Assembly: GCA_905178155.1 (NCBI GenBank)
Contig: CAJINV010000016.1
Coordinates: forward strand, 1,455,386-1,519,385
Source of the DNA: Amoebophrya sp. A120
Lineage: Eukaryota; Protista; Dinoflagellata
Length of the DNA: 64,000 nt
Direction: 5' to 3'
How positions within the stretch are numbered: the first letter of the stretch is position 1; every line of letters begins with the position of its first letter. Under the pieces are notes generated by a model that was given only the letters and a program-made list of their open reading frames with translations, did not search any database and was not told the origin of the DNA. A program made the position numbers and the translations under genes. Positions 23,521-36,300 of the stretch are shown here, piece by piece.

Positions 23521-24612
23521 CGTGAAAGTTGCGGCTTGGCGGCAACTTGAAGTTCTTCCAAATCATTCGAAATTCAAAACTGAATCCGCGAATTCAAACT
23601 GAATCCGTGGGCGCCTCTTCAATTTCAAACCAAATCCGTTGCTTCCTGGAGCGGCCACACCAATTTCGAACGGAATCCGAATTCCATCCGAATCCCATCC
23701 GATTTCCATCCGAATCCCATTTCCCTAATAAGGAATTGGACTCGGATGAAAAAAGGATGGAATTCGGATTCCGTTTGAAATTGGTCGGACCAATTTGGGG
23801 TCCAATCCGTGACCTTCTTCTGCATCAGACCAGAACGTCTGGGCTATGTTGTAGATTTTTGGCGCGCGCTGCCGCGCGCACCGCTATCCGGGTGTTCTTC
23901 AATACCTTTTTCTTTCATTCCGCGTTGCCTTGTCGTTGGTGTGGCGAGTTGTGTTTCTTGGCGCTGCATCGCAGCCTCTGAGGAGCAGGGTGGGCCGTCA
24001 CAGGCGCGCAGCCCATTGCGCGCAGCCCATTGCGCGCCTTGGGGCCCCTGCTGTACCCCTCCAGTTGTGGATCTCCCCCTACTCAAAGGTGAGACAGGAT
24101 CGACACGCACAACCCCGGAGGAGCAGGATACTGCCCCCCCCTGTGTTCTTTGTTTTTTCATAGTGCCTACTTCGGCTGCCAAAATTCTACATACTAAATT
24201 CATCATTTTCTCTTCTTCAGCATTTCAATTCAGTAGTGTCAGTCAGAATGGGGCGCAGGTTGGTGCAGTGGTAGTGGTCAGTGTTTAGTCAGTCCACTGC
24301 ACGCCTGAACTGTTTCCCTTGTCACGCCTCTCAGCTTCTCAGTTCGTTCTCGGCCCCGGTTCGTCGCCGGTTTGGCTTCTTTCACGCCGTGTACCCCCTC
24401 AAACTGCGTGTCGTTCCTTTTCTCCGATTTCTTGGTCCCGACCACCCCCGCACCGCGGAGAGACTCCTTCGTCACCACGTTCAGCTGATTTCCCCGACCG
24501 CCCCCGCTCCGCGGACGGCCTCCTTCTCCACCACTTTCGCCTGCTGCCTGGAGGAGGAGACGTGAAAGTTGCGTCTTGGCGGCAACTTGAAGTTCTTCCA
24601 AATCATTCGAAA
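23521..24612. repeat. 52-bp direct repeat pair (23521-23572, 24561-24612) enclosing a palindromic element
   Basis: The two copies are 51/52 identical; 30-bp inverted arms at 23660-23689 and 23755-23784 match 29/30. Confidence 0.8.
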
Positions 24613-25076
24613 GGAGCTCTGGGTCTGATCATACATGGTTTGTGTCCGCAGTTCTTGCTTGACAGGTTCATTCCCCGCTTGAAAAAAGTTTATGCGTTTT
24701 TTTTTGGTGCAGGTGCGTTGTGGAAACCGGTACAACTTCGAAATCGAATAGAATACATCGGGTGCTACTAACATGATAGTACAGGTTGTAGTTCATTGAA
24801 ACATTGAAAAAAGCTTAGTACAGCTACAGGAGGTGACAAAGCGTTGACAAAACTCAGAAAACCAAAGGTCAAATCGTCCATGACAGCGGACAAGGGTCAA
24901 ACTCTAACTCAACAAAGAGAGTAGAGACACAAGAGTTGTTGTAGAGTGCATTTGCTCTACTTGTCCTGCGTCTGCAGGCTAACGCTAATGCTCGTAGAAC
25001 TAGATGCGCACTTGCATAACAAGTTCAAAGATCAAATTTGGGAAGCGAACAACGCTGCAACCCAACACCCTCACCC

Positions 25077-28000
25077 CTACTGATCTGCCACGTCGACGTT
25101 AACATCATCCACTTTTGCGGCCATCTCGATCTCCTGTCCCGCTTCTAGCCTGAGGACTGGTGCTTGCTCATCTCCTGCTACTTGTTGGGCTGCATCCTCT
25201 ACTTGCTGCGTATCCCTACCGCTACCCTCTCCGCTTGGAGGAGTCTCAACATCCTTCTCGTCCCCAGCGCTCTTCTTCGCTCCTCTCGCCGGCTTTTCCG
25301 GCAAGGGTGCAACCGTCACCTGCAGCGGCCGTTCGTAGTGCAGCATTGCTCTTTTCGCCACCACCTCCTTCGACATCTCCAGCGGCACGTTGTCCATGAA
25401 AGTTTTCGTCCTGCCCCCGGCCTCGATTTTCCGAATCGAGTCCCCGACCTTCAGTCCATTTTTTGCCGCCCAGCCGTCTGGTTGGATCGCGGTGATTTCT
25501 CCCGTGAAATCTTGCACAACCACCCCGATAGAAACTTTCGGCGGAATCGTGAGATTAAGTGGCTTCGGCGGCTCATCATTTTCCTTTGATTTCCTTCGAC
25601 CTCCTTTCGCGGATTTCTTTCCGCCACCGCAGAGTGGCACTTTTGCGAAGAACACGAAGACAAACATCAAGCACAACACCGTGAAAGCGCCGTAGGGGAT
25701 CGGGATGGTTCGGTGGAAGAATTCGTGGAACACGTACGCGAAGAGGGCCCAGTTACCGAGTACGGGTAGTAGTCTGTACGGATCCGCCGTGTTCATGGCG
25801 CCGGAGGAGAACCAAAGGACGATCAGCAATTCCGATGTGTACCACCGCGCCCGCTCGAACGCCGAATACCGTGGGTAGAGGTCGCACCGGCCGTAGTAGT
25901 CCGGCATTTATGCAATACAAATTTTCCGTACATGTACAAAGTGCATCACAAATTCCACCAATTTGGTGCGTGACACTTGTCATGCTAATCTAGGATCGAG
26001 GCCCACTTTTGTCATGCAGACACCGCATTTGTACGTGTACGGGAAATTTACTGTGGATAGCATTTGGAGGAAGACGATGAACATGAAGGTGAATGGCCAG
26101 TAGGTGCGGAAAAGGATGTTTTTCATGAAGTCGTTGTGGTAGGGCAGGAACTTACACATCACCATGCCGTACACGTAGATCTTCACCAAGTGAACGAATC
26201 CGATCAAATCCATCGGCAAAAACCAGCGGATCACCCACGTGAAGATGATCAGAATGTAAGCGAGATGTCTCGTCGTTCCCAAACACATGGCGAGCGCGAC
26301 CAGGAACAGAATCCCGAAGAACTCTGCCATGCCAATCGCGTGGGTGGTCAGCGTTTTCACCGTGTCTGCGCCCCCGACGTCCGCGTCTTCAAGAATCCCG
26401 CTGCTGTAAATCACGGTGGTCGCCAACGCAATAGCCCCGTAGACCGCGGTCAAACCGATCATCTTTCCGTTCGTGACGCCGAAGGGGTGCGCGTAGCGCC
26501 ACAGGATCATGCGTCGGACCGGGTAGGTCAGGATGGCGTTCTATGAAGTGTAAAAATGTCTGGGTCTGGAAGAATGCACGTTTGTCATGCTTGTCTGGCA
26601 TGACTCTTGAATCTGTCACGCACGTTACCCAAGAGCTCCATTTTTCTGTCATGCAGAAACGCAGTTTGTCATGCAGAATAGGCAACACCTAGAAGCTCAG
26701 AAACTTGTCATGCTGAGCCAGCACTTGTGGCCTCATCATGATACGCCACCCAGCATCACAAGTTTCCAGACCCAGACATTTTTGCACTTGATACGTTCAT
26801 GATCAACATGAGCACGAACGTCATCTGGTAGATGGTTTGGCCCTGGCTGAATTTCACATCCGAGCCGTCGTTGATCCAGTCCGCGACGAAATTGGCTCCC
26901 ACCCCAATCGCGAACACTGCGGAGAGCCGGAGGATGTAGAAAAGCAACGGTGCGTGGGAAAGAACGTAGCACCAGCCGGAGATGAGGTAGAGAAAGGGCA
27001 GCACCCAATTCAAAGCCCCGAATACGTTCCACTCCGCGTACCCCCTTGACCCCCCGTGCTCGGTCACAACACACATGATCGCGAGAGTTCTTCCGAAATC
27101 CAGAAAGTACAGCCGCTCCTTCTGCGGCCGGTTCACAAACTCCCAGTAGAGATCCGTGAAAATCGGCAGGGGAAGCGGGTTTTTCGCGAGCGTGTCACCG
27201 TCATCATCTTGTTCTGCAGCGGCTGTTGTTGTTGACCCTTTTCCACCTTCTCGCAAGTCGGATTTTGTACGCACCACAGAAGAAGTCGACTGTCTTGTAC
27301 TACCATTCCCCCGAGCGGACAAATCCGTATTCAAAAACTCCTTCGCGTCTCCCTTGGATTCAAAATTTGTCGCGCCGATTTCCCGCATGTTTTCCTTCGT
27401 GGACACCAATTGCGCACCAAGCCCGAAGCTGAAGGAGTTGTTCTGGAGCGCGGTGGCGTCGGCGATTAGTGGTGCAGATGAATCAGTAGTAGAATTCTCG
27501 TCCGAGCCGGTTTCGGCCGCATCCGTGGACTGGGACTCCCCTTCCGCCTTGTCCTATGGGATTCTCAAGCGTTACACATACACTCTGAACTGTTGCATGG
27601 ATTTGCCATGCAAAACTACCTTAAGCCGCCAGATGATCAAGCGCCTTCGCATGACAAATCTCCGAAGTAGGGCTAGACAGGATGCAAATCTGTCTCTGTG
27701 CCAAATCTGTGATGCCAACGCAGCAAGCTTACTCCTTGGACTGTTGCTGTTCTTGCATTGCAAATTCATGTAACAATTGAGAATGTAACATTTGAGAACT
27801 CCATATGTCCAACCAAGTCTTCTTGTTTTCCTCCACCGCGGAGTGGTAGGTGGCGCGCTTGCGTGTGCTGGTGATGCGCGCGGTGGCGTCGCCGGCAGAA
27901 GGCTGGACCTCGGTGGCGCTGTTTTTGATTGTATTTTTGGATGCAGCTGGCGGATCGGTATTGTACTATTTGAACAACCACGTTGTCAGACGATAATTCA

Positions 28001-28575
28001 AATGTCGCAAGTCAAATACAAATTCAAATTGTACTATCGGTGCAAGAAAAGCCACGGCGTCGACCTTGACCGTGTGAAAGTTCCTCGATTTAAAACGACA
28101 AGTAGATCATGCAATGCAAAATTTAATCCAAATCACAGTACTGCAACTTTTCGTCCGCCAGAATGTCCTTTCGACTCAAAACCCGCCCATCGCTGGTCTC
28201 CCGCTTGTCAATGAACGAAATCGCGACAACTAACCCGATGCAGAACGCGAAAAAAATTGGGAAAAAAATTTTCGCCCCGGTTCCGCTCCAATCGATGTCG
28301 TATGTTTGTCCCTTCTGGCACTGCTTTTTCACGATAATATGCGAGTCGTAGTCCAAAATGAGACCCTTGTCGTAATGGTCATACCACCAGTCCTCGACTT
28401 TTTCGTCCGTCTCGACGAATTGCGTCGCAGAGGCTTGTTGCACCAGCGCTTCGAGGTTGTGCAAAAGAGAGAGGAGGAGGCACAGGAAGGTGGTTTTCGA
28501 GGCCTTTGATGATGAGAGTATCGTCGTCAACATGCTGCCGGGCCGCAGCTCGTCGTTCTTCCGAGGTTTCCTCAT
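25077..28575 (-). CDS. Acyltransferase-3 (OafA/OpgC-like) multi-pass membrane protein with C-terminal PDZ domain (~868 aa)
   Basis: RLYFLDFGRTLAIMCVVTEH is the AT3 N-terminal signature; many TM helices; PDZ-like ITAIQPDGWAAKNGLKVGDSIRKIE. Removing three introners and GT-AG intron 27919-28141 leaves 2607 nt in frame. Confidence 0.8.
25909..26059. mobile_element. Introner family B
   Basis: DR GCATT/GCATT; excision gives FLQMPDYYG. Confidence 0.9.
26542..26793. mobile_element. Introner family A
   Basis: DR CGTTC/CGTTC; excision gives LIMNAILTYP. Confidence 0.9.
27555..27805. mobile_element. Introner family G
   Basis: TATGGGATTCTCAA / TTGAGAACTCCATA; DR TGTCC/TGTCC; excision gives TWLDKAEGE. 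Confidence 0.88.
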
Positions 28576-30324
28576 TCTCGGTGGTGTTTGATGATGACAG
28601 TAAGGGTTTCGCTTTGCTTTTATCTTTTGGCACGTAAGAGTAAAAATGCTTTACGAATTTACAAGACGAGAAACAGAGAAGAAGTCGGGAGATCGAGGTG
28701 TAGTTTCTCCTCCTGCAGTTTGTATCTCGCGTACTCGAGTGGTCGTGACTTGGCTTTACATACAGTTTCAACGACCACGTCTTTTCGTCTTTATTTGAAT
28801 ACACTCAATTCTCAATACTTTTACCTTTGCGCAGCTGTCGGTCCAAGAACTCTATCGCGCCACAACGCAACTTTCTACTTCTTGGCTGTTTTCACGCGAC
28901 CGAAAACGATGCAGCATCAACAAGCAACCGAGAAGAAGAAACCATGTGCAGCTAGTTACCGAAGAATGCAGCCTGTTGTATCTTCATACCGAGAAGCAAA
29001 ATGATTATAGCTTGTCTTCAAAACAATAAATCCTTCTTTGGCCCGACATCAAGAAACTCTGCCTACGAAAACCTCAGTCGAGACCAGATGCATCGAGTCG
29101 TACGGCTTTCGGTTTGTTCGTCTCGTCTCCAGGCAACAATTGTTCTGCTTGCGCGATAGGCACCAGACCGAACTCAATTTGATGCGCAACAAGGGACGAC
29201 ATCAGGCCAACTCAGCCTACTTCTCTCTGACTATGTATGAGCAGCAGAACAATGTGATTTCGTACTAGTGGTTCGTGTGCGCAGTTCCTGTTCCTAAAAG
29301 TTAAGTCCGTCTAATATCTTTCGGCAGCTCTTTTCGTATTCTTACCGGGATACGGCTGAGAATCGTATTTTGGTTCTTCTGCCTTTACAACGTGAAGAAA
29401 TGGGGGTGCTTTCTCATTTCTGGGAAATAGTTTCACTTTCATGCTTTAGTTGTCCTTCATACGACATTCCGGGGTCCGGTTCTTTCAGATTTTGCGTGTT
29501 TGTTGTTTGTTCTTCTGAGGGGTGTGTGTTGTTTGTTCCTACAACATGTAAGTGAAACGGCGTAGCAGGGGAGTCATCTAATTGTCAGGGTTCGTGCTTC
29601 TCGCACGCAAGGCATTTCTACTGTGCTACCTCCATCTTGTTTTAGGAAAAATGTGAAACAATACTATACAAATCATGTTCATGATACGTGTTAAGATAAA
29701 CGTGTTAATCTACAGCGATGTGATGTGTCAAATCAAAGAATACTCATGTCAAATTGAAAAAAGCTATAACGTCGGGTGCAGTTCAAGCAATAAGTAAATT
29801 GTGTTATATTCTGATTAAAAACGGAAAACTGAGTGCAAAAGTAGTATTTGTATTTGAAATGGAGACGCTAAGCGACGAGCTGTTCCTGTGACTTCCGACA
29901 GAAGATGTTGTTGAAGATCTTGTGGCTGTGCAAATCTGAAAATAGAAAACCGAAACATTAAAGCGATGAAAGATCATGGAAAATAATTAAACAAGACAAG
30001 TTTTTGATAGTCGTATCGCGTAAAAATGCTGAGTGGAAAAGAAAGACTTTTTTACTAGTGTTGTCAAAGAAACCGAGTAAATTAATAAGTAAGCTGGAAA
30101 GATTTCTTCTTGCATTCGCGCTGTTTATTTTGTCCGTTCAGTTCGTCTTTCTCCACGACGGCAAAATAAAAAAGAAAATGTTTTTCGTGCCTAAAAAGTG
30201 CGTAAAAGTAAATCTAAATAATACATGGTCAAACAAAATAATGTACTGAATACTGAAGTAAAAAAATAAAGTACTTGAGCAAAAAAACATCGCTACTGTC
30301 AACATATGCCCAGCACCACTACTC

Positions 30325-33300
30325 TTAGCGCCCGATGTCGAACTCCTCCCCATCACTCTCGTCTTCGGCGCCGGCCTGTCGCCCCCGCCCCCGTACCGGA
30401 GGAGCATCATCATCCTGCGTTTCGTATGTTTGCTGCGCGTGTCGCGCCCCCCCCGACGGCAGGCGAAACGCATCCTGCCCGGCCAGTTCCAGCTCCCCCG
30501 CGAAGTCGCCACCGTTCGCGGCCATTTGTTCAACATTCTCCGGTTTGAAGTGGCCGTCCATCCCCTCGACCGACCCGTGTTCCTTCGTCGTCCAAACTTC
30601 GGTTTCGACGGACGCGAAGCAACTGGAGACTTCCCCGTGGAACACTAGGTTTTCCGCGTTGACCCAGAAAGTCTCCGTTTCCGCGTAGACGTCGAGATCG
30701 ACTTTCACGGTATAAGGTGTTTCCGTGTCGAACTGCTCAATCATTTTTGCGTCGTCGACAATCGATTGTTTCGCCAGCATGTTCCCCTCGTCAGCTCCAA
30801 CTTCGTCGTCTTCTTGCAGCGCTGCAGCAACGTCTTCTGCGGTGAGCTGCGACTCATCATCTTGCGAAGCCGATTCTGCTGTTGGCGCACCCATCAAAAT
30901 AGCCGCGCCTTCCGCCTTTTCGGCCTCTTCCTGACCTGGGTACATCGCGGCTTTCATTTTCTTTTGCTCGAGAGCCAATTGGGCCGGATCCTGCTCCTCC
31001 AAAAACGGATTCCGAATTCCTCGGCCCCCGTACTGTGCCTGCCAGGCCGCGGCGGTTTTGAACATGTGCGATTCCCGGTACGTTTTTGGCTGCAAAATGC
31101 ACCGCATGAACGGGATATGCATTGCAAAAGTATCGTACTAGTATGAATTGCATCACAAATTTTTTCAAAAGGAAAAATGGAATTTGTAATGCTGATTCAT
31201 CTAAAAAGGGATATTTGTGACGCATGATAGCAATTAGTACGAGTACGATACTTTTGCACAGGATACGGTATGGACAGGGACAATTTCGAAAAAACGTCGT
31301 CCACGCGCCGCTTTTTGTTTTCTAACTCCCGGGCCGCGGCCTTCGCTTGCTTTTCCGCGTTGATTTTGGCCCGCTTTTCCTGGTATTTTTTCTGCCGAAC
31401 GTCACTCTGCTCCTGCGGCACAGTACTAGAACCCTCCTCCTCCTCCTCATCATCTTCAAACTGCACCAGTTCGTCGCTGGTCGCGATAGAGGACAACAGA
31501 ATGTCGGAAAAGTCCTCGCCAACCTCGTCAACGCTCATGCAGTCTTTCATGTGTTCGTAGGCGGTGTCCAGCAGATCTTCAGGCGAGTAGATGTGTTGCA
31601 CGTCTGAATCCGCCGGCTCTTTGATCGGTTGCGCATGTACTAGCCACTGCCCCAGCGAACGGTTGTCCCCCTTTGTGCTGTTGAATTGCAGCAAGACCCC
31701 GGAGTACACCTTGGTCGCAAAGTCTCTCCCACTTTGGTCCACAACTTCCTTCGACTCGCCTTGGGCCGACGCCGGGCAAATGGTAACGTAGTCGCCCGGC
31801 CGGATGACCGCGTCGCGGCTCGCGACCGCCTTGATCTTACTGAAGGATAAAGCCGCTTCGTAGGTTTTGCGCAAACCGACAATCTCTTTATTGCTCAAAC
31901 CCGCGTTTTTCTTCTCATCTTCGTTCTTACCGGCACTGGTGTCCACAACATCTTTGGGGCCGAGCCCGCCGAGAAGGGATCCATCGTCATTTTCCGCTTG
32001 GTTAGTACCAACATCGGGCGAAGACGCTCCTGTCATCGCCAGCTCGTCCGTACCCCACCAGAGAAACAGACTGATCGCGTTGGGGAAGAGGCTCTGCAAA
32101 ATCATCGTGTCTTCTGACAACAGGCGGCTGTTGTAGCTGATGGTTGACAACGGTCCAGAAGATGCACCACCGTTTTTACCCTGCACGGCGACAAGGTCAT
32201 CCGCCTGCTCCTGCAACATTTTGTACACCGGTCGCCAGTCATTGTTGTCCTCCGAGTCCTGGTTCACGACCCGTTTGATGAGTTCGTTCCGTGCATTCGG
32301 CGGCAGGTTGGCAACGACTTTTTGAATCGCAAACAGCTGTCGCCGCACGGCACCATAGTTGTTCAAATCAAACTTGTTCGCAAGAAGCCCGCCTGCTTTC
32401 ACGGTTTCGTCGGAAGGCCAGCTGTGGGAGTATGTAAGGAGGTGATTTGGATGCTTTTGTCATGATGGGCGTGAGGCGGTTATTCATGCAACACATGGAC
32501 AACGAGCAACAGAAGTTTTTCTTTAGAATCAATCTGCATCAAGAAAGCGATGTTTGCTACTACAGCTAGCTGCGCACTACTCATTTTATTCATATTGCAA
32601 CTGCAACATCTTCATTGTCGAAATAAGACGAACACGAACCACAAACCCTTACCCGTTCGTGTGTTCTTTCCAATCATCCACCTGATTCGCAAACAACGGC
32701 AATCTCAAGCCCTGCCCAGCGGAAACCTCGTTGCACTGCAAATAGGCGTATCAAAAGTGAAAGTGTCTGGGTCTGGAAGAATGCAACTTGTCATGCTGAT
32801 TTTGGATTCTAAAAAAATCTGTATTGCATGAGCAGCAAAGAGAGCCCAACAAGGTTTGCTACACGGACAGAGCATTTGTCATGCGGTATATTGATCAGGA
32901 AGCCCTCACAAAATCTGTGATGCTAGGGCATGCATCACAGACATCAGGAGTCATGCAAAATGTGCATGACAAGCCTGGCAATCTTTCAGACCCAGACATT
33001 TTTACATTTGATAAGGCGTAGATCAGTTTCGCGTACGCCTGTTCCGTTTGGTGCTGCCGCTGGTCCCGGGTGACATGGCTGGTGGAGAGCGAGAGCTTCT
33101 TCATTTCTTGCTGTTTTTGTTGATGTTGCTCCACCTTCTTCTTTTCTTTTTCCAGCATCGACGCGGCACCTTGCTCCGTCTCGTCCCCGTCCCCATTCTC
33201 GACGTCGCCCCCCTCTTGATCCTTTTCGACTTCCTTGATGGTTTCTGCGATTCCGGCGAAATACTTCCAGTCTAAGTCACTCCCGTCCACAATGACGATG

Positions 33301-36300
33301 CAGTTGAAATTTTCCTTCAGCAATTCTTCCCCACCGCACGCTTCTACCATGAAGTTGAAAACCACCGTGCAGGTGTTGCCGTCCGCCCGGCCCAGGAGGT
33401 TCATGCAGGTGTCAAAGGGCTTGTCAGGCGGGAGTGCCAGCACCTCCTTGTCCCCAGCGTCACCCTTGACTAAGTTGTCGTAAAGGGCTTTGTCGCAAAC
33501 GGAGGTGTCAAAATCGTCTTGGTCCTCTTCTTCTTCCTCTTCCTCGAGCTCTTCTTTCACGGACTTGCTCTCCGCTTCAGATGCAGCTGCTAGCTCATCT
33601 TCAGATTTCTTCTGAACGAAGGAAGCATCATCGTCCTTAGAAGCACCCGGCCCTGTAGCGGACATCCCTGCAGCCACAGATGTAGTCGTGGCTGTATCAG
33701 TTGTGGAAGTGTTCTTGGCTTTTTCAGAGTCTGTCGACGGTGCCGGTGTCGTCTGAGGCGGAGAGCTGGTTGTCGCAGAACTAGAATCCTGTTGGCTTTT
33801 TTCGTTCGCCGAGGCTGCACCGGGAGCAGGTCCTTTTTCTGCGTCTTCGAGGAATGACGGTGGAGTGGACGTTGGAGCGACAGTCGATGTAGGTGTAGCA
33901 CTGGGCGTCATGACTGGAGGCGCGGCAGAAGTCGTAGACATTCTTGCAGTTGTCTTTTCGCCATTGGGAGTTTCAGAAGTTGCTGGACTTTCATCAATTT
34001 TGTTCTTATCCTCGTCCTTCTTCTCCACGAACGAAGCAGCCGATGTCGTTGCCGTTGCCGAGCCTTCGCTCACCACGGGCGGCGACGTGGAGGTTTCTGC
34101 AGGAGCAGGTGAAGAGTCCTCCTTCGTCAGCTTAGCGTCCGAACTGCTGCTGGCATTGCCATTGGCTCGTCCTTCGACAGTGTTTTCCGCGGGGGCGGGT
34201 TTCTGAGAGTCCGAGTTTCCGTTAGCTTCACCCGTCTCTCCAGAGTTGCTGTGCTGTTCCTTCCCATCTTCTTTCTCGACGAACGAAGCTACCGTCGTCC
34301 CTCCGGTTCCCGTGGTAGATGCCATAGGCACCTCCGAGAGGGGAGGGCCAGCCGTTGTGCTCGCGCTTACAGCCGGAGAAGATGTAGTTACAGGTAAAGG
34401 AGTAGAAGACGCAGAGTTCGGGGCACTAGCCTGCGGCTCGTCATCCAGAATAGGCAGTCGCGGTCCGTCGGCTTCATTCTCACCCTCGACCTTCCGCTCC
34501 GAAAAAGACGACGAGGAGGCTGAAGCAGGGACTCCTTGCGTGGGAGAAGTAGCAGCCCCGGTGCTTGTTCCACCAGCTGTACTACCCTCCGCAGCCGCCT
34601 TTTCCTCCTCCGCCGCCTTCCGGTGGTTTTTCGACTCCCCCTGGTCTCCCGCGCAACAATTTTGTGAGGAAAAATCCCCCCTCCCCATACCAGAACTGGA
34701 TACTTCTCAAAATTTGTGATGCTGATTTGAGGTCACAAATCGTCTCTGTATTGCAAGAAGACAAATAAAAGAACCCCGCCGCGTTCTGCAGGCAATTTGT
34801 AATGCTGTCTGGCCTACAGAGAACGTCCCTACCTTGCTAGGTGCCTACACCAAAACATCCCTAGTCCCGCTTTGTATCTGTCTGCAGTCCTCCACTGCAA
34901 GACAAAGCCGATTTGTGTACACAAATCCCGCATCACAGATTGAGATTTCCATTTCGATATGGGGTGGGGGGATTTTTCCTTTTGATAAACAGCCCTGAAA
35001 CCCCGCGGAAGACGAGGAGGAGCTGTCGAGGCCGATGCTGCCACGGTACCGTGCCTGGACTGGCTCCTCAACGATGGTCTCTTCCGAGTCTTCGTCTGCC
35101 GGATCGTGGTCGTCCTCACGGATTCTCACGTGCATCGTGCTGCACTTGGGCCGCCGATTGTTGCGGTTCCTGCGCCGGCGCTTGCTTTCCTTTCTGGATC
35201 TGGCCTGCCTGTCTGTCATGGTCGAATTCGTTGTTTTCGCGTCCTCTTCGTCCCCGCCACAGCACCACGACGTGCTCTCGTCATCCTTGCCGTATTTAAT
35301 CTTACTCCCTGCCAGTTTTCTCGCGGCCACAGCGTTCGGATCGGTGGTGGGAGCGGACCCTTCCGTGACCGCCGCCAGTTCCTGGTCGGAGAGGGAAGTG
35401 GTGGCGGAGTCGCTTTTTTTCTTCTTCTCTTCCATGAAAGAGGACGCAGTACTCGCGGCCGTTGCAGACGCGTCAGCAGCGGGAGCTTCAGTAATAGCGG
35501 TTGTTTGTTCCGCGGCTGGAGGTGGTTGTGTAGTTTGCTCCTCCGCCGCCGCCGCTTGTTCCGCTTCTTCCAGCTTTTTCTTTTCCTCCTCAAGCTCCGC
35601 CGCCTCTGCCGCTTCATATGCGTGCTGGTCATCGACGAGAGCCTGATCGCACAGGTCCGCGATGCTTTGGGAACCCGGAAAAGCAGAAGCAGAGATGGAC
35701 ATTTGCAAGGGCGGCGCGGGCGACGTTCCTTCTCCTCCTCCCCCTTCCGATTGAGGAGTCGTTGTCGCACGGAGATGATCCTTGTCGTATCCTGTGCAAA
35801 AGTGTCGCACTCGTATTGCAATCATGCATTACAAATCCTTTTGTTAAGGTAAATCTGCATTACAAATTTCATCCCTCACGCTGAGGAAATTTGTAACGCA
35901 TTTATACGAATACGATACTTTTGCAGTTCATATGTCGGTCACGGGAGCAACTCCGCACTTTTCCTGCACCGTGCCCTCGGGCAAGTCAAGTTCTTATGAA
36001 AGCCTCAGGTTGGAAATCCTCAAAGTAGTGGAAATAATTTGTAATGCAAAAAAACGACTCCAGTTGAAGCGCCATTTGTAGTCGGCGCATGACAAATTTC
36101 CCGCACACGCAAAACGTGTCTGTCATGCTAGTTAGGCAAAGGGGTGCCCTTCTGTCGTGCTAATCAGCAGCCCAATTCTTCACCCCTAGCAGGACAACAG
36201 TCGGCCTCCATTGTGTCCTCTGCAATACAGTCTTTTTTGCCTTGCATTTCATGCATCACAAATTATTTCCACTTTGAGGATTTCCATTCTGAGGCTCTCA

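Noticed and set aside
24278-24774. Short minus-strand ORFs as a gene
   Set aside because: No recognisable domain and ambiguous frame; overlaps the duplicated fragment.
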